The notes under the pieces: model-generated | The model's input: the letters and a program-made list of their open reading frames with translations, nothing else | Told to the model about the DNA's origin: nothing | The model's database searches: none | Position numbers and translations under genes: made by a program | Shown here: positions 10,401 to 24,000 of the stretch, piece by piece | Layout of the letters: each line of letters opens with the position of its first letter | Numbering within the stretch: position 1 is the stretch's first letter | NCBI GenBank assembly: GCA_023213395.1 | Contig: CM041465.1 | Location: 168,337,741-168,401,740, forward strand | Origin: Cycas panzhihuaensis | Taxonomy: Eukaryota > Plantae > Cycadophyta | Direction: 5' to 3' | Length of the DNA stretch: 64,000 bases

Positions 10401-13400
10401 CTCATTAAATGACATAATTAGGTGGAGACTCCTTCTTAGGAGTTGGATAAAGGTGATCACTTAGGTCCTCTTAGACTTTGTATCTCCTAGTCTAGATTTA
10501 AAATAAAGAAAACATTCAATTGATTAAGAGATATTTTGTTTAGGTCCACGTAAGACACACCAAATCCATGAGTTATGGCTATAGGTAAATGAAAGTTCTA
10601 TCCCCATGTCCCACACAACTTATAGAAGTGATGGATGTGGTAATTGGTTGAGGCTTATTTGTTGAAAGTGAGGGTATACTTACCCCAACTACAGGGACTT
10701 GTATACCTAAAGTAGTTGGTTGGCTAAAAGGGTTGCATATGGAAACATACTCTACTAGAACTTCTTCCTATAAAGTAGAGGAAGTTGAAGGGAAAAATGA
10801 AGGAAGGGGGATAATAGAAGATGGGGGAGTAAAGGTTTAAAGGAACCTATGCAACAACATAGGGAGTATTTGCACCACTATGACCTTGCAGCATTCCCAC
10901 AAGGCTTCAACTATGTCCTTATAAGAAGCATTCATATGGTTATAAGAGGTGGAACCCTCCCCTTTCTGACAAAAATAGGATGGATAGGTTGGGGGGACCC
11001 CTTTAGGATATGAAGTAGGATCCCTAGGTTAATAGCTCCCTATGACATACATAGGGAGCAGTTGAAGGTTTTGGTAACCTTAAATTGATTCGATGTGGTA
11101 GTAGGTAGGACCCTCACCAACTTGGGTGGGATGATAATGGGAAGAAAGCCCCTCAAAATGAGGCTAATCTAGGAAATAAGGGTCAATAGCCTAATCAAAA
11201 GGATAATCCTCCATTTGAGACTCTTAGTTGGATGGAGCTATGGAGGAGTAAGATGGCTCTACTTCTAACGGGGGAAGAATACATAAGTGATGAGAGAAAT
11301 GTCACATTTATGTCTCTATCTAGGAACCCATGGGAGTTTTATAGAATAATGTAACACCATAACAAGACCCTACAAGTAAAGAAGGAGCTAGTGCAAGGTA
11401 ACCAAAGGAAACCTAAGGGTGTATTTACTAGGGAGTTCCCAATATGGTTGCTAATGGAAGCACACCTGCTGAGGGTAACAAGAGGAAATCTTACACCTAC
11501 AAGTAATAGGCCTAGTGTGCATGGCCTAAGGGGTGTGGAATAACTCTTCTTTACCCACAAAGGATGTCTGTGTATCATTTATGGATGAATTCAGGGCTCA
11601 CGTAGCATTGAGATCCCTTCTTTGCATATAAGGCCTCAAGTTTATGGCAAAAAAGGTCTATAGGATATGGGGGCTTAACTCCCTCAAATTATTAGGTTGC
11701 CTAAGTAGGGTTTCTCATGTCCTCTTTTGGCCTCATCTTAAGGAATTAGTATGCTAAGAAGGATAGGTGAGGAGGGTAGAAGAGGTTTGGGTTTCTCTTG
11801 ATCTAGTTTTAGGTTGCAAAATAGTTTTTGTATCCTACTTATGGTTCTTCTTTAATACTAGTTATTCACGTGCATATTACAAGAAAGAGGGAACAACCAA
11901 GTAGTTAAAAAACAAAAAAAATACAAGAAAAATAAAATCTCACTCTCTATTCTCTCTCTTTTACACTTCTTTCTTTCTTTCTTTCTTTTTTTATAATCTT
12001 CCCAAAGCAAAGAAAAGTGGAATAGAAGATAAACAAGGGGTTTAAAAGGGAAATGGATTCATATAACTCTATCTCTCTCTTTCTCCCTCTTTTACTTTCT
12101 TTCAAATAAAGGGAAATAAAGGGGATAGAAAATGCATGCATCCAAAAAGATAAAGCATATATAAAATAAGAAAGAGAAATGACAGAAATATGGGGAAGGT
12201 ACCCATAATAGAGATGGCTAATGAGGATTCCTTTCCTTGATATAACTTTGTTACCACTTTTTTGCTGTGCCATTATGAGGTGAGGGGGCACCACTTACCC
12301 ATCCTAGATCAAACTAACAATGTAATAAAAAATAAAGAAAGTTGACAAAGACAAAAGATAAAATAAATGAGAAGGGAGAGCTCACCTCATATGATATGAT
12401 CTACTATTAAGTCTTTCAAATCCCTTAAAAGAGCCTATCTTTCACCCTGCATGCAACATTAGAAGGAAATCTAAATACACAAGACATGCAACATGATTTA
12501 TAACACTAATTTGTATGTGCTACTAAAGGAATACATGTGTTATATATAATCAAAGACATATATTACAAAGAAAGGAGGAGTACAAAAGTGTAAAATATAA
12601 GAAAGAAGGTTGAGGGGTATCTCAAGATGGCACTAGCCTCCCCAATCTAGGTGGTTTCCTTGGTGTGGTGAAAGGAAACCCCTCAAAATCCCTACAACTA
12701 GGTTGACAAATCAATAAAAGAGAGATAAAATCATAGCAATAAGGAACCTTCAAGCTATTTCTAAAGTGAAATTAGTATAATACATGGCATCATGGCCTAA
12801 AAGTAGGATAGAGGAATTTTATTCAAGGAAAATCTAACATCATACAATAAGAATAGGATTACCTTAGATTGAGGATCAAATAGGAGTTGGTAGCCACCAA
12901 GTGATCCTCCCCAAACCTTCCCGTGATGGTTGTTTCCTCCTTCCAAGTCCTACTCCCATGAAAATAATGGAAATTACTTGAGGTTCCAAGCTCCAATTAA
13001 GTAGGCCTCATAGATTCTTAAGAAGATAAATCTAAAGATGATTATAATATAAGGTATTTAGTCCAAAAGTAAGATAACAAAGCTAAGTTAAAGGGAATCT
13101 AGATCAGGAATGAAGATTTTCACCATGTCCAACCAAGAATGAGCATATGGACTCACTCAACCAAGCCGTATAATTTCTATAAATTGGACTAAACTCATGG
13201 AAGAATGAACTGAGCTCAAGCAAGAATGGAGTTAATGGAAGAATAAGAGAACTAAAGAGAACCACCCTACCTCAAAAATGAGGGATTGTATAGGAAGAAT
13301 CAAGGTGCAAGGGTGATGGTTTTAAGTATGAAACCATCCCTTAGAAATCATGGATTACTATGGTATAATTCAAAGTATTTCCACTCTAAATCCAAATAAA

Positions 13401-14010
13401 ATTATAGTTTAGTAACTTAGGAGTCTTCCTTGGACCATTGTGTATTGGCATGGGCCTGCTATAGACTATTAGGTCTAATAGGGAAGCATTAATCATGCAA
13501 TTCAAATATTGTTGGATGTGATTGACTATTATAACATTTGTACTATGAAGTTCTTTGTGATACTATGAATATATTTATAGTACCATGAAATACTCCATGG
13601 TACTGTTATTCCTAGCAATAGTCAAAGTAGTATTGTAGTACATCACCAAAATTTGACCTTAAGGCTACATGCTATCACTTTTGATTTTTGTAGATTAGTC
13701 CTAAAGTCACTAAATAATAAGCCTCATAAAACCAAATTAGAAAATGAAGTAAACAAGAAACTATAGGTAAAAAATCTAATAGAAACAAAGTTGCAAGGAT
13801 AGTGGAAGGGCCATCTTACTGACTGTAAGGCCATGATGGGGGGCTTTAGGGTGATTGGACAATAGTCCTAATCATCATCAGTATAAAAGGAAGATAAGCA
13901 AGCTAGAAAAGCATCAAACATATATTCAATCATCATCCAAGACCCAAAAACATAACTCTAAAGCTATGAGTGGGGAAGAGATATATACCTTCACTTATAT
14001 ATATGTTGTC

Positions 14011-14218
14011 TGTTAGAGTATAATGTTTTATCTTAGGATTATTAAGAGAAGGGGGTAATGTAATTAAGCCCTCGTTATACTTAATATAAATATAATGTAC
14101 ATGATTGGTTACAATAAACCATATAATAGTTGAATAACCTAATGTATAAAAAGAGGAATTCCTCTCATAATACGACACTAAATTTTCTCTTTATCAATTG
14201 TGAAGTCAGATTTTAACA
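14011..14218 (+). repeat. 5' LTR
   Basis: Direct repeat of 18945-19152, TG...CA. Confidence 0.95.
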
Positions 14219-14230
14219 CGGTATCAGAGT
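14219..14230 (+). promoter_or_regulatory. primer binding site, tRNA-iMet
   Basis: CGGTATCAGAGT versus consensus TGGTATCAGAGC, adjacent to the LTR. Confidence 0.85.
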
Positions 14231-14918
14231 AGGCTATTGAGCTCTTAATTATAGGAAATTAAGAGTAAACACTTGCTTAGATCAATCTATCAAGTATGAG
14301 CATCAATCAAAGAGAGTTAAAAGAGTTCAAATATCTCTTTTAAAGTTATGGAATAGGTGTACAAAACCATACAATCATATGGATATAAAAAATTTAAAGT
14401 GATTAAAATCAAACCAAACTTACCCAAATTGTAGATCTCAATCTCCTCATCATTCTTTCCTTCTGTATCGAGTTGATCCAAGTTTACTTCGAAGGAGTTT
14501 GGCCACTCCTTTAGGTGCATGGATTTGAAGGCAAAATCCTCATTTTTTTGGAAAAAAATCACTTAAACTTTAGGTAATAATTACTATAATCCCTTCTCTC
14601 TATCAATACAAAGGGATTAAGTGCTAATTTATAGAGATTTTCCTTATTTTTTAAAAGATTTAAATGTTTTTTTGAAAAACCTAGTTGTACATTTTTATAA
14701 CTTTGATTCTCCTTTTCTCTCGGATCAAAACAGATATTTAAAAACTAATTATAGATTTAGATATCCATTTAGGAGATCTTTGATTTGAGTTCCTCTTTTA
14801 TTTAATCCATACAATTTCGATTCCATACAAAAATTTGTATAGAAATCTATACAGTCATATAGACTAGTTTTCTCAGGTCTATTTCTAAAACAACACTCTT
14901 ATCTCCATTTGTGCAACC

Positions 14919-17900
14919 ATGGCATCCTCTATTTTGGGCCTCAATGATGTAGATAACCTGACTAGAAATAATTATCATATTTGGAGAATTAAAATGAAAG
15001 CCCTTTTACATGCCAAACATACCTAGGAGTTAACCATTACGGAAGAAAAGATACCAAAAACTAAGGGATATGCCTAAAAAAACTAGAAAGAAAGAAATAA
15101 TCTTGGAGTAATAACCTTGAAAATGTTAGTCTTAGATCATATTTGATATATGCTGACAAATCAAATTCTTACTCTCAAAATTGGAAAACATTTAAAAATA
15201 TTTATACACAAAAGAATATAATGAGGATTATAACTTTATATTATTTTTGAAAGAAATAGAAACAGTAGCTAACTTCATTCATAAAGTCAGTACAATTTGG
15301 AATAACCTTTTAAGCACTAGGGTAGACATCTCTACAAAGGAAGTAGTAGAAATAGTAGTACGAAAACTCCTAAAGGCCTTTGATATAACCATCAATATAA
15401 TAACCAATACTAGCTTAATTAAAAAAATGACTCTTGATGAACTGATAGGCATGTTATTAAGACAAGAACAAATAAATAGATGATATGAAGATACCACTAT
15501 ATCGATAGATGCTTTTATGATAATATTAAACATAGGAGGATCCAAATGATGAGATTAATTCAGAGGTAGAGGATGAACACCATATTCCAAACATGCATCA
15601 CAACGAAGATGGTTAGGAAATAGGGGACACAGTCACATGTATCAACCAAGGGATGCTCAAGTATGTTTCAACTATGGCAAACACAAATACTTCTTAAGAC
15701 AATGTCATGCATTTGAGATTTGTTACTATTATGGACAATTAGGAAACTACCCACATCAATGTTCTCAATGAAGAGCAGAGATTCAGAGAGGCAAGAGACT
15801 AGTCAAAAACTATAGTAAAGAGAAACCAGATGAAGAAGATAAAGAAATAGCCTCCTTTATCACTCTATCAACTAGTCTTCAAGACAAGGACGTGTGGTAT
15901 ATTAACTCTAGAGTATCATGACACATGAAAAGTATGGAAGATTAGATCAAATCTATTCAACCCTACTCCTTAGAAAAATTAGTTGAATTAGGTTATGAAC
16001 CATTGCTATGAACTTACAAGGTATGAAAATAAAATTTGTAATATACTTCTTATTCTAGGGCTAAAGATGAACATCCTCTTAGTAGCATAACTAAGCAACA
16101 AAAATTTGAGAACTATATTTGATGAAAAGGGCATGTGTTATGCATTAGACATGAAAAATGATGGTGTTGTCATTGCTTAAAGGGTAAAGTACAATGACCT
16201 CTATAAACTATTATCCATTCCTATTAATTCAAAATTAGATGTAAAGGCATTCCCTACTATAAATTCTAATGATAATAAAATATGGCATTTGAAGTATGGG
16301 CAATCTCCCTATGGATAAGTTAGAAATGATGAAAGTAAATAATACAGTTAATGGGCTTCCTTCTATTTCATGAGAATATTTTATTTGCAAAGGCTGACAA
16401 TTTGGAAAACAGCATTATTTTCCTTTTAAAACAAATGAATGGCACACTTAAGAAAAATTAGAATTAGTACACATAGACTTATGCAGCCCTCTAACACCAC
16501 TTTCTATAAATGGATCCAGATATTTTTTGACCTTCATTGATGATTTCACCTAAAAAGTGTGGGTATATTTCATTCATAATAAATTAGAAGTATTTGATGC
16601 ATTTAAACAATTTAAGGTAGAGGAAGAACTAGAGTCATGATGTAAAATTAAATGTATCAGATCTGACAATGGTGATGAATATATTTTAAAATAATGTATG
16701 GACTACTACAAAACTAAAGGTATACAAAAGAAACTTATAACTCCCTTTATGCCTCAGTCTAATGGTGTCATTGAATAAAAAATAGGACCATTGCAGAAAT
16801 GACATGTAGCATGATCCATAGTATAACAAATTTCAAGAACTTACTGGGTTGAGGTAGTAAGTACAACATGCTATTTGATAAATCAGTATCAAACCACAAT
16901 ACTTCAGTTGACTACTCCAAAAGAAGAATGGATAGGAAGAAAGCCTAATGTAAGTAACTTAAAAATCTTTGGTAGTAAATCTTTTGTTCACATACTAAGT
17001 AAAAACAAGATAAAACTTGATTCAAAATGCATAGAGTGTATTATGATTCAATACAGTAAAAACCCAAAAGGGTACAAGTGTATAGATCCTAAAACTAGTA
17101 AAATCTATGTAAGTAGGGATGTAGTTTTTAATGAAGAAATCCTCAAATATTTGAAGAAACATCAAGGATTGAGCCTAAAAAAGAACCTCTTGATGAAGAG
17201 TCTAGAGTGACTATAGAGAATGACCTAGAAGAACCTAAATCCACACGTCTCATAGAAGGAGAATAATCATCAAAAGAATCAATCGTTAAAGTACCAAAAA
17301 AAAGGAGAATAAAGTACCAAAATAGTACATTAAAGTAATAGAAAAAGGAAAAGGAAATACATTCACATACAAAACTAGGACATCATCAAATTCTCCTCAA
17401 TAGAATAAAGCCTCAGTCATTTAAAGAAGTAACAAAACATGCCAGATGGAGGTCAACAATGAATGCAAAAATAGATGTCATTGTCAAAACTCAAACTTGG
17501 GATCTAGTAGAGTTACCTCCAAATAAACCAGTTATCAATTGCAAATAGGTATATAAGGTAAAAGAAGGAGCTCATGGCAAAATAAGAAAATTCAAAGTGA
17601 GACTTGTAGAAAAAGGATGCGCTCAGATAATTGGAATTGATTTTGATGAAACATTTTCTCCTATGGCCTGACTAAATACTATATGAATAGTAATTACACT
17701 AGCAGCATAAAATAATTGGAAGATTTATTGATTGGATATCAAAAGTTCCTTTTTAAATGGAGGCTTAGAAGAAGAAGTTTACATATGATAACCAAAACGC
17801 TATGTTAGGCAAGGACAAGAAATCTAGTATGTAAACTTAAAAAGGCTTTGTATGGATTGAAACAAGCTCCCAAAGCTTGGTATACTAAGTTGGATAAACA

Positions 17901-18920
17901 TTTGTCTCAAAATAGCTTTCACAGGTATAGTTCTGATTTCAATCTCTTTGTAAAAAGAAATGATAGGAAAATATCAATTATTATTGTTTATGTTGATGAT
18001 ATGATTCTTTTAATAGATGACACTAAATCCATCCCAGATATAAAAATCCAATTAGAAGAGGACTTTGAAATGATAAATTTAGGCTCCTTGGATTATTATC
18101 TAGGAATAAAAATTGAGCAAAATAAAAATTTAATCACATTATCACAAAGCAAATATATTAGAGATTTACTAGTTAAATTTCAAATAGAGAATTGTAATAA
18201 ATATGCAACTCCTATGGAAGTAAATTGTAATCTAGTCCTAGATGAAGGAGAACATATTGTCAGCAACACTCTTTACAAGCAATTGATTGGAAGCTTAATC
18301 TATCTCACTACCACAAGACTTGATATTTCACACTCAATAGGTTTGGTCTCTAAATACATGTAAGAGCCAAGTTTGTAACATTAGAAAGAAGCCAAAAGGA
18401 TACTAGATACCTAAAAAGAACTATAGATTTGAAATTGGTATATACTAAAGAGAAATCAACTTAACTTCTTGGATATTATGATTATGATTAGCTAGGAGAC
18501 AAAGGAGATAAAAGATCTACTAGTAGATATTGCTTCTTCTTAGGCTCAGCTGCTATTACATGGTATAGTAAAAAGCAGCCAATAATTGCACTCTCATCAA
18601 TTAAAGTAGAGTACAAATTAGTAATCAATATGATATGTGAAGCGCTCTAGCTCAAGCAACTATTAATGGATATGAACCAACTGAAACAAGGACCAACCAC
18701 TTTATTATGTGATAATTATAGTGTAATAAATTTGACTAAAAATTCTATTATGTATGCATAGACAAAAGACATAGAAATGCACCATCACTTCATTTGAGAA
18801 AAAGTGCAAAGCAAAGAGAATGATCTAACATATTATCCCACAATAAACCAAGTTATAGATATTTTATAAAATCCCTTAGCAGAGACAAGTTTCAAATACT
18901 TAGAGAGAAAATAGGACTAA
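14919..18920 (+). pseudogene. copia gag-pol, degenerate
   Basis: LTRNNYHIWRIKMKALL, two decayed Zn knuckles (15664-15762), WYINSRVS*HM, integrase HIDLCSP / RSDNGDEY, RT LYGLKQAPKAWY and YVDDMI, RNase H to ~18880. Confidence 0.92.
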
Positions 18921-18944
18921 AAAGGATAAAACATTAAGAGAGCA

Positions 18945-19152
18945 TGTTAGAGTACAATGTTTTATCTTAGAATTATTAAGAGAATGGGGTAATGCAATTA
19001 AACCCTCATTGTACTTAATGTAAATATAATGCACATAACTGGTTACAAAAATCCATGTAATGGCTACATATCCTAATGTATAAAAAGAGGAATTTCTCTC
19101 ATAATAGAACACTAATTTTTCTCTTCATCAATTATGAAGTTAGATTTTAACA
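18945..19152 (+). repeat. 3' LTR
   Basis: Direct repeat of 14011-14218. Confidence 0.95.
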
Positions 19153-20145
19153 TTATCATCTCTTGATCCATTCCTAATAGCTGGGAAACAACAACCTAAT
19201 ATGAAAATGAAATAAAAGTGAGTAAGAAAACTTGATTATATAAATAGTCATATAACATCCATTTTACCTCCCATTTGTTTCATTGGGACCTCAATTTTTC
19301 TATATTCATCCTCATGCCCTTTCCATAGTGTTCCCTACCACCTAGATTTTACATTTATAGGCCCAACTTTTACCCCTTTTTTGTCATTAATTCACCCCAT
19401 TAATAACCTCATTTCACTTAGAGATAGATCCCTTCATCCTTTCTGGTGATCTATCACCTTGCATGTCAATGTTTATAGTCAATTGGACTATTTATTAATA
19501 CTGATTACATATTTTATGCCCATGTTGGCCCCTTGTATGCCAAGTATTGTATGGCCTCTACTTTCTAATTAGTTCCATGCTCTCTACTGCTTTTTGAAAT
19601 TACCATTTATGCATTCGATCACACCTTCGACTCTATGTTTTATAGTTTCAACCTTCCCTAAACATGCCATCAATCTATAGGTACCTTCTTTTACCCCTCT
19701 AATTATTGATTTAGCTTTAAGTGCTTTTTCCCTCCCCGCCCCCACCCTCCCCCACCCCTACTAGCATTATTTACATGATTTCTCACTTATACATCATCTT
19801 TTCTCTTAGCTTGTGGCTCTCTCCCATGACCTTGGTATAGCCTAGATGTCATTTTAGCTAATTCATAGCTTGGATATGAGCTTATAGTATCTCCCATTTA
19901 GTCTCTATTATAATTGGATGTCTTGGTTCTCAATGGTCACTAACCTGAGGTCCCCATTCCATGCATGTCTTATGATAGGCACTCAGGGTACTCACATGAC
20001 TTGCCTCTTATATCCTATGGTTTAACCCTCTTCTTCCTCATGGTTTGGATATATTATTTATTAAATCATGATTGATAGGGCAAGCTTATTTGGCTTCCTC
20101 ATGGCTTGATTTACCCCCCTACCTACTTCACACCATCTAGGAAAC

Positions 20146-20264
<119 letters not shown>

Positions 20265-21131
20265 CAAAGAAAAAAAAAAAAAGTATCTTAGGGGAGCATA
20301 TTTGCCACTTCCTCCTTGGTATTTGGGACATGTTGTGTGATAACCTTATCTCCACCTCTAATTTGTAGGTTAGGTCTAGTTAAGTGGGCCATTTTGGACC
20401 TTCATATTTGGTTGCTTAAACCCATTGTGGTCTTAATCATGATTGAAACCTAATTATCATGGCTACAACTTATGACGAGCTTTAGAAGAGGTTGTGATTG
20501 TAGTATATGATCATTCGTAAGGACTAAATTTTGCTCGTCATCTTAGTCATTCTAATAGACCATATGCATCCACCTAAGTTCTTATGATGATTGGTTGATT
20601 TCTACCACATCCCTTTATTTAATGACTTCACCCTAAGTTATCTTTGTAGTTATCCCCATGGCATTAGTTATCCATATTTATGAGGGTAGTTATGGGAATC
20701 CTTGGCCTTTTATTATAGTATGGACCATTTGGGACCACTTAGGGTACACTCTTATCTAATATAGAGTCTACCTTCCTATTATCACCAATAACATGGTTGA
20801 GTATACCATTAACATAGAGGCCATAATGATTCTATTGTATTGTATTATAACTCCAAACTCATAGTGTCCTAGCTTACCCAGGTCTACTAGGTTTGTTTCT
20901 TATAGTTGAGATGTCTTACTAACCATACTAGATCTATTTTGGCTTAATTCCCTTCTGTATCTATTCATCACATCCCATGAGGACTCAACACTAAGACTAA
21001 TAGGTTAGTGGATTTCATCCTTAAGTGTTTATTATCACTAGAAGATGACCTTATTTTGGTCCAATGTGCCTTTAATTGTGATATATACCTAGGGAGTAAT
21101 CCCTCCTAGTATCACCTTTAAGGGGTACTCA

Positions 21132-24000
21132 CTTAAGAGGCTAAAATATAGTGACATCCTAGAGCATTCTTAGCCTACCTTAGAAGCTTGGACAAGCTAC
21201 CAACTTCTATTATGCTTTGACAAGAGCCTAAACTATGACCTATGCTCTAAAATGATTGGAAACTACCTTGTATAGCATATACTAGACTAGGTCATAGCTT
21301 TCTTAGGATGCATTACTCCTTGATCCCCCCCATAACCTTGTCCTTCTAGTTATTTCATTATTTTCTCCTTATTTATATATTCCCTTTTTATGTAAATACT
21401 TATTTAAAAAAGTACAAAAATAATATAAATCTATTAAAACTTTAAAAAAAATCCATAAAATCAACAAAAATTAAAAAAGAATATAAAACATCAAAAACTT
21501 AAAAATATTATAAAACAACAAAAAATTAGAAAAAAAATATTAAACATAAAAAACCAAAAATTATGGCTCTAAGATGAGCCTAAATAGCTCCTTTAAAAGA
21601 CAACTATTAATGAGGTTAAACTATAGCAACCCACTAAGATCATTGAGTCTCTCCCTTGGGTATTTGAGGCACAACTTCACACACTAAAGGGCTTATGGCT
21701 TCTAAGCCTACACATTGGGCCATGTTGCCCATCTTGTATTAACATTAGGGCAACCCCCCTAATCCTTTGATACCTTTACTCATACATGTTTAGGACCATT
21801 ATAGTCACCAACCTACTTTGATTAATTTGGTCACTGACCCATCATCCCCCCTAGCTTGTACACCTTTGATATAGTTTTCCTAGGAGGCTAAATTATGGGG
21901 AACAACCCCTGACTATCTATTAATGAAGTACCACTATGGTAGACATCACCTTATGTTACATATACACATTAGTTTATTATTACATATCTTAAATCATTTA
22001 TGTTAGAAACATTCACTATTTTTTGGCCATAGGTTGAAGAGGCTTTACTACTAAGGGGCTAGTGTTTTCTAGCTCCTAGAAATAGCATGGACACTTTGAT
22101 ATATAGGTGAGTGTGGGTATGCTTCGCTACTCTTCACACCTCATGGATTTTATATATCATGATTTTAGATAGTTAGAGTGTATTTCTACTTACTTATTTT
22201 ATTACTTGCCCACATATTAATAGTTGATGACGAGTACAACTTGGGTTAATGGTCGTTAGTCCATCCATTGGGATTTTTAAGGAAAAATATGTGCTAAATT
22301 CTTCTTTACAACATCCTCTTTCCCTTGTTTCAATCCATCGGATCCAATTTTTCATCATTTATTGCCTGGTTCTGACTACATCTCCATCTAGACCCCTTCA
22401 TTGATGAGTTTTTTACTTGATTACATGTCTTTTTTATTGGAAAATCTCATATGTTACCAAACCACTAATAGTTTTGCTTATAATAGTGGTACCATAAAGT
22501 ATTGCATGGTGTTATGAACATGTTCATAGTATTATGAATATATTCATAGTATGACTATCACCAATCTATATTTAGGTCTGTTAATGATAGTTGGCTTATT
22601 AATGCATAATTGTTAACCCTAGTCAGTCTGCGTTAGCCCCAAGATAATGACCATTAGGTTTGAGTAGCCTAAGATGCCAAATCTCACCCAAATATTCACA
22701 TTTCCATGTAGTTTTGAGTGAATTCATGAGAAAGACTTATGGATTTGGTTTGATGATTTTCTCCCATATTATGGACAAAATACCACTCAACCTCCACCTT
22801 ACTATCATCTATAAGATCTCCTTATTTTCTCTCTGAAAGAGGGGAGATCAAGACAGACCATAGGCTATGTCCTTATACTATCAAAGTTCCATTAGAATTA
22901 GGTAATCTTAACTGACACAACTTGAGTGTGACCACATACTTGGAGATTGCATATGAACCACAATAAGAATGAGCCTTAATAGAGGGATCAATATCCATTA
23001 TCCTTCCCATATATCTCAGGAAGAGGTAATCCTCCTCTTGATTTTTAGTAAGAATTCTCTTATGTTTTTTCATTACTTTGTATTTGGTTTTATCATACCT
23101 ACTTGTTATTACTTGCTCAATCTTTTCTTTACTCCATATTTTCCTTATTAGGCTTTATTTATTTGTTCTTTCTATTATCCTAAAGGGAGAAGTTACAAAG
23201 GAGGTAGCACTCAAGTATTACTTGGGGAGACCATCATTTTGGGGGGACATTGGAGGCATTATGAGGCTCCTTCCATCTATTACTCACTTGTTGCTCTCGA
23301 TACCTATTATCCTACTTTTACATTTATTTTATATAGTTGAGATATTATGCCTATGTAATTATCTCTTAGTAAAACCATTTCCTTGTAGGATACTAATATT
23401 TTTTTAGGAAAAAGGGAGGCCAAGAACCTCCCTCACTATTAGGCCAATAGTTTAGAACATCTCGCTATAAGCTCTTTTAGCAGTAGCTATTCAAGAGGTA
23501 AGGTAAATTCATTTGAATTAGTATTTATTTTTCATTTTTGGAGTTCTTTATATTTTTTATTTTTGGAGTTCCACCCTCTCTTACATATTTTAGTTTGTTG
23601 CCTTAGTTTTATTTAATCAAAAAAAAAAGAAGGGAGAAGTAAGACAAAGGAAAAAAGAAAGAAGTTTTCTTTATTTGTTTTCTAAAAGAACAAAAAGAAA
23701 AAGATTAAAAGGAAGCTTTCTTTAGCTCATTCCCCCCCTTCTTCCCTTCTATTCTTGTCCACCCCGCCCCCCCCCTCACCCCCCCCCTTAAAGAAAAAAG
23801 AAGAAGGATTTCTATGTTCTTTTGTTTCCTTTTCACTAAAAAGAAAGAGAAACAGAAAGGCTCTCTGTTTATCCCCTCTTTTGCCCTTAGTCAAATTAGA
23901 AAAAGTTTCCTATGAAAAAATAATTAAAAAGAAAAAAAAAAAGAAGAAGATGAAAAATAAAAAAGATATTTGTTTCTTTATTCCTACTACATCATATTGC
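21132..24000 (+). mobile_element. 3' UTR, PPT and LTR of another Tat/Ogre-like gypsy element (right boundary uncertain)
   Basis: Six copies of the ATGAG..TAAACTAYG motif (21132-21944), PPT-like AAGGGGCTAG then TGTTTTC at 22063, and palindromic subrepeats at 22490-22554. Confidence 0.5.

Larger units (their letters stand above)
14011..19152 (+). mobile_element. full-length degenerate Ty1/copia element
   Basis: 208-bp LTRs TGTT...AACA at 14011-14218 and 18945-19152 (~25 differences by eye). PBS CGGTATCAGAGT at 14219-14230, PPT TTAAGAGAGCA at 18934-18944, TSD TTGTC/TTATC. Confidence 0.95.
11900..19257 (-). mobile_element. gypsy-type LTR-like sequence interrupted by the copia element at 14011-19152
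   Basis: Shares 20-bp palindromic subrepeats (13541-13604) and an ATARGCTCTTTT...GAGGTRAG block (12381-12438) with the + strand LTR starting at 22063. Boundaries are approximate. Confidence 0.4.

Noticed and set aside
10420-11750. PBS-like TGGAGACTCC followed by a purine-rich, gag-like stretch (tandem element sharing an LTR)
   Set aside because: The PBS match is short, has no adjacent CA terminus, and no recognisable gag motif could be translated.
23240-23266. GGGACA-TTGGAGGC as LTR end plus PBS
   Set aside because: Similarity to the minus-strand LTR-like region continues past this point, so it is probably internal.
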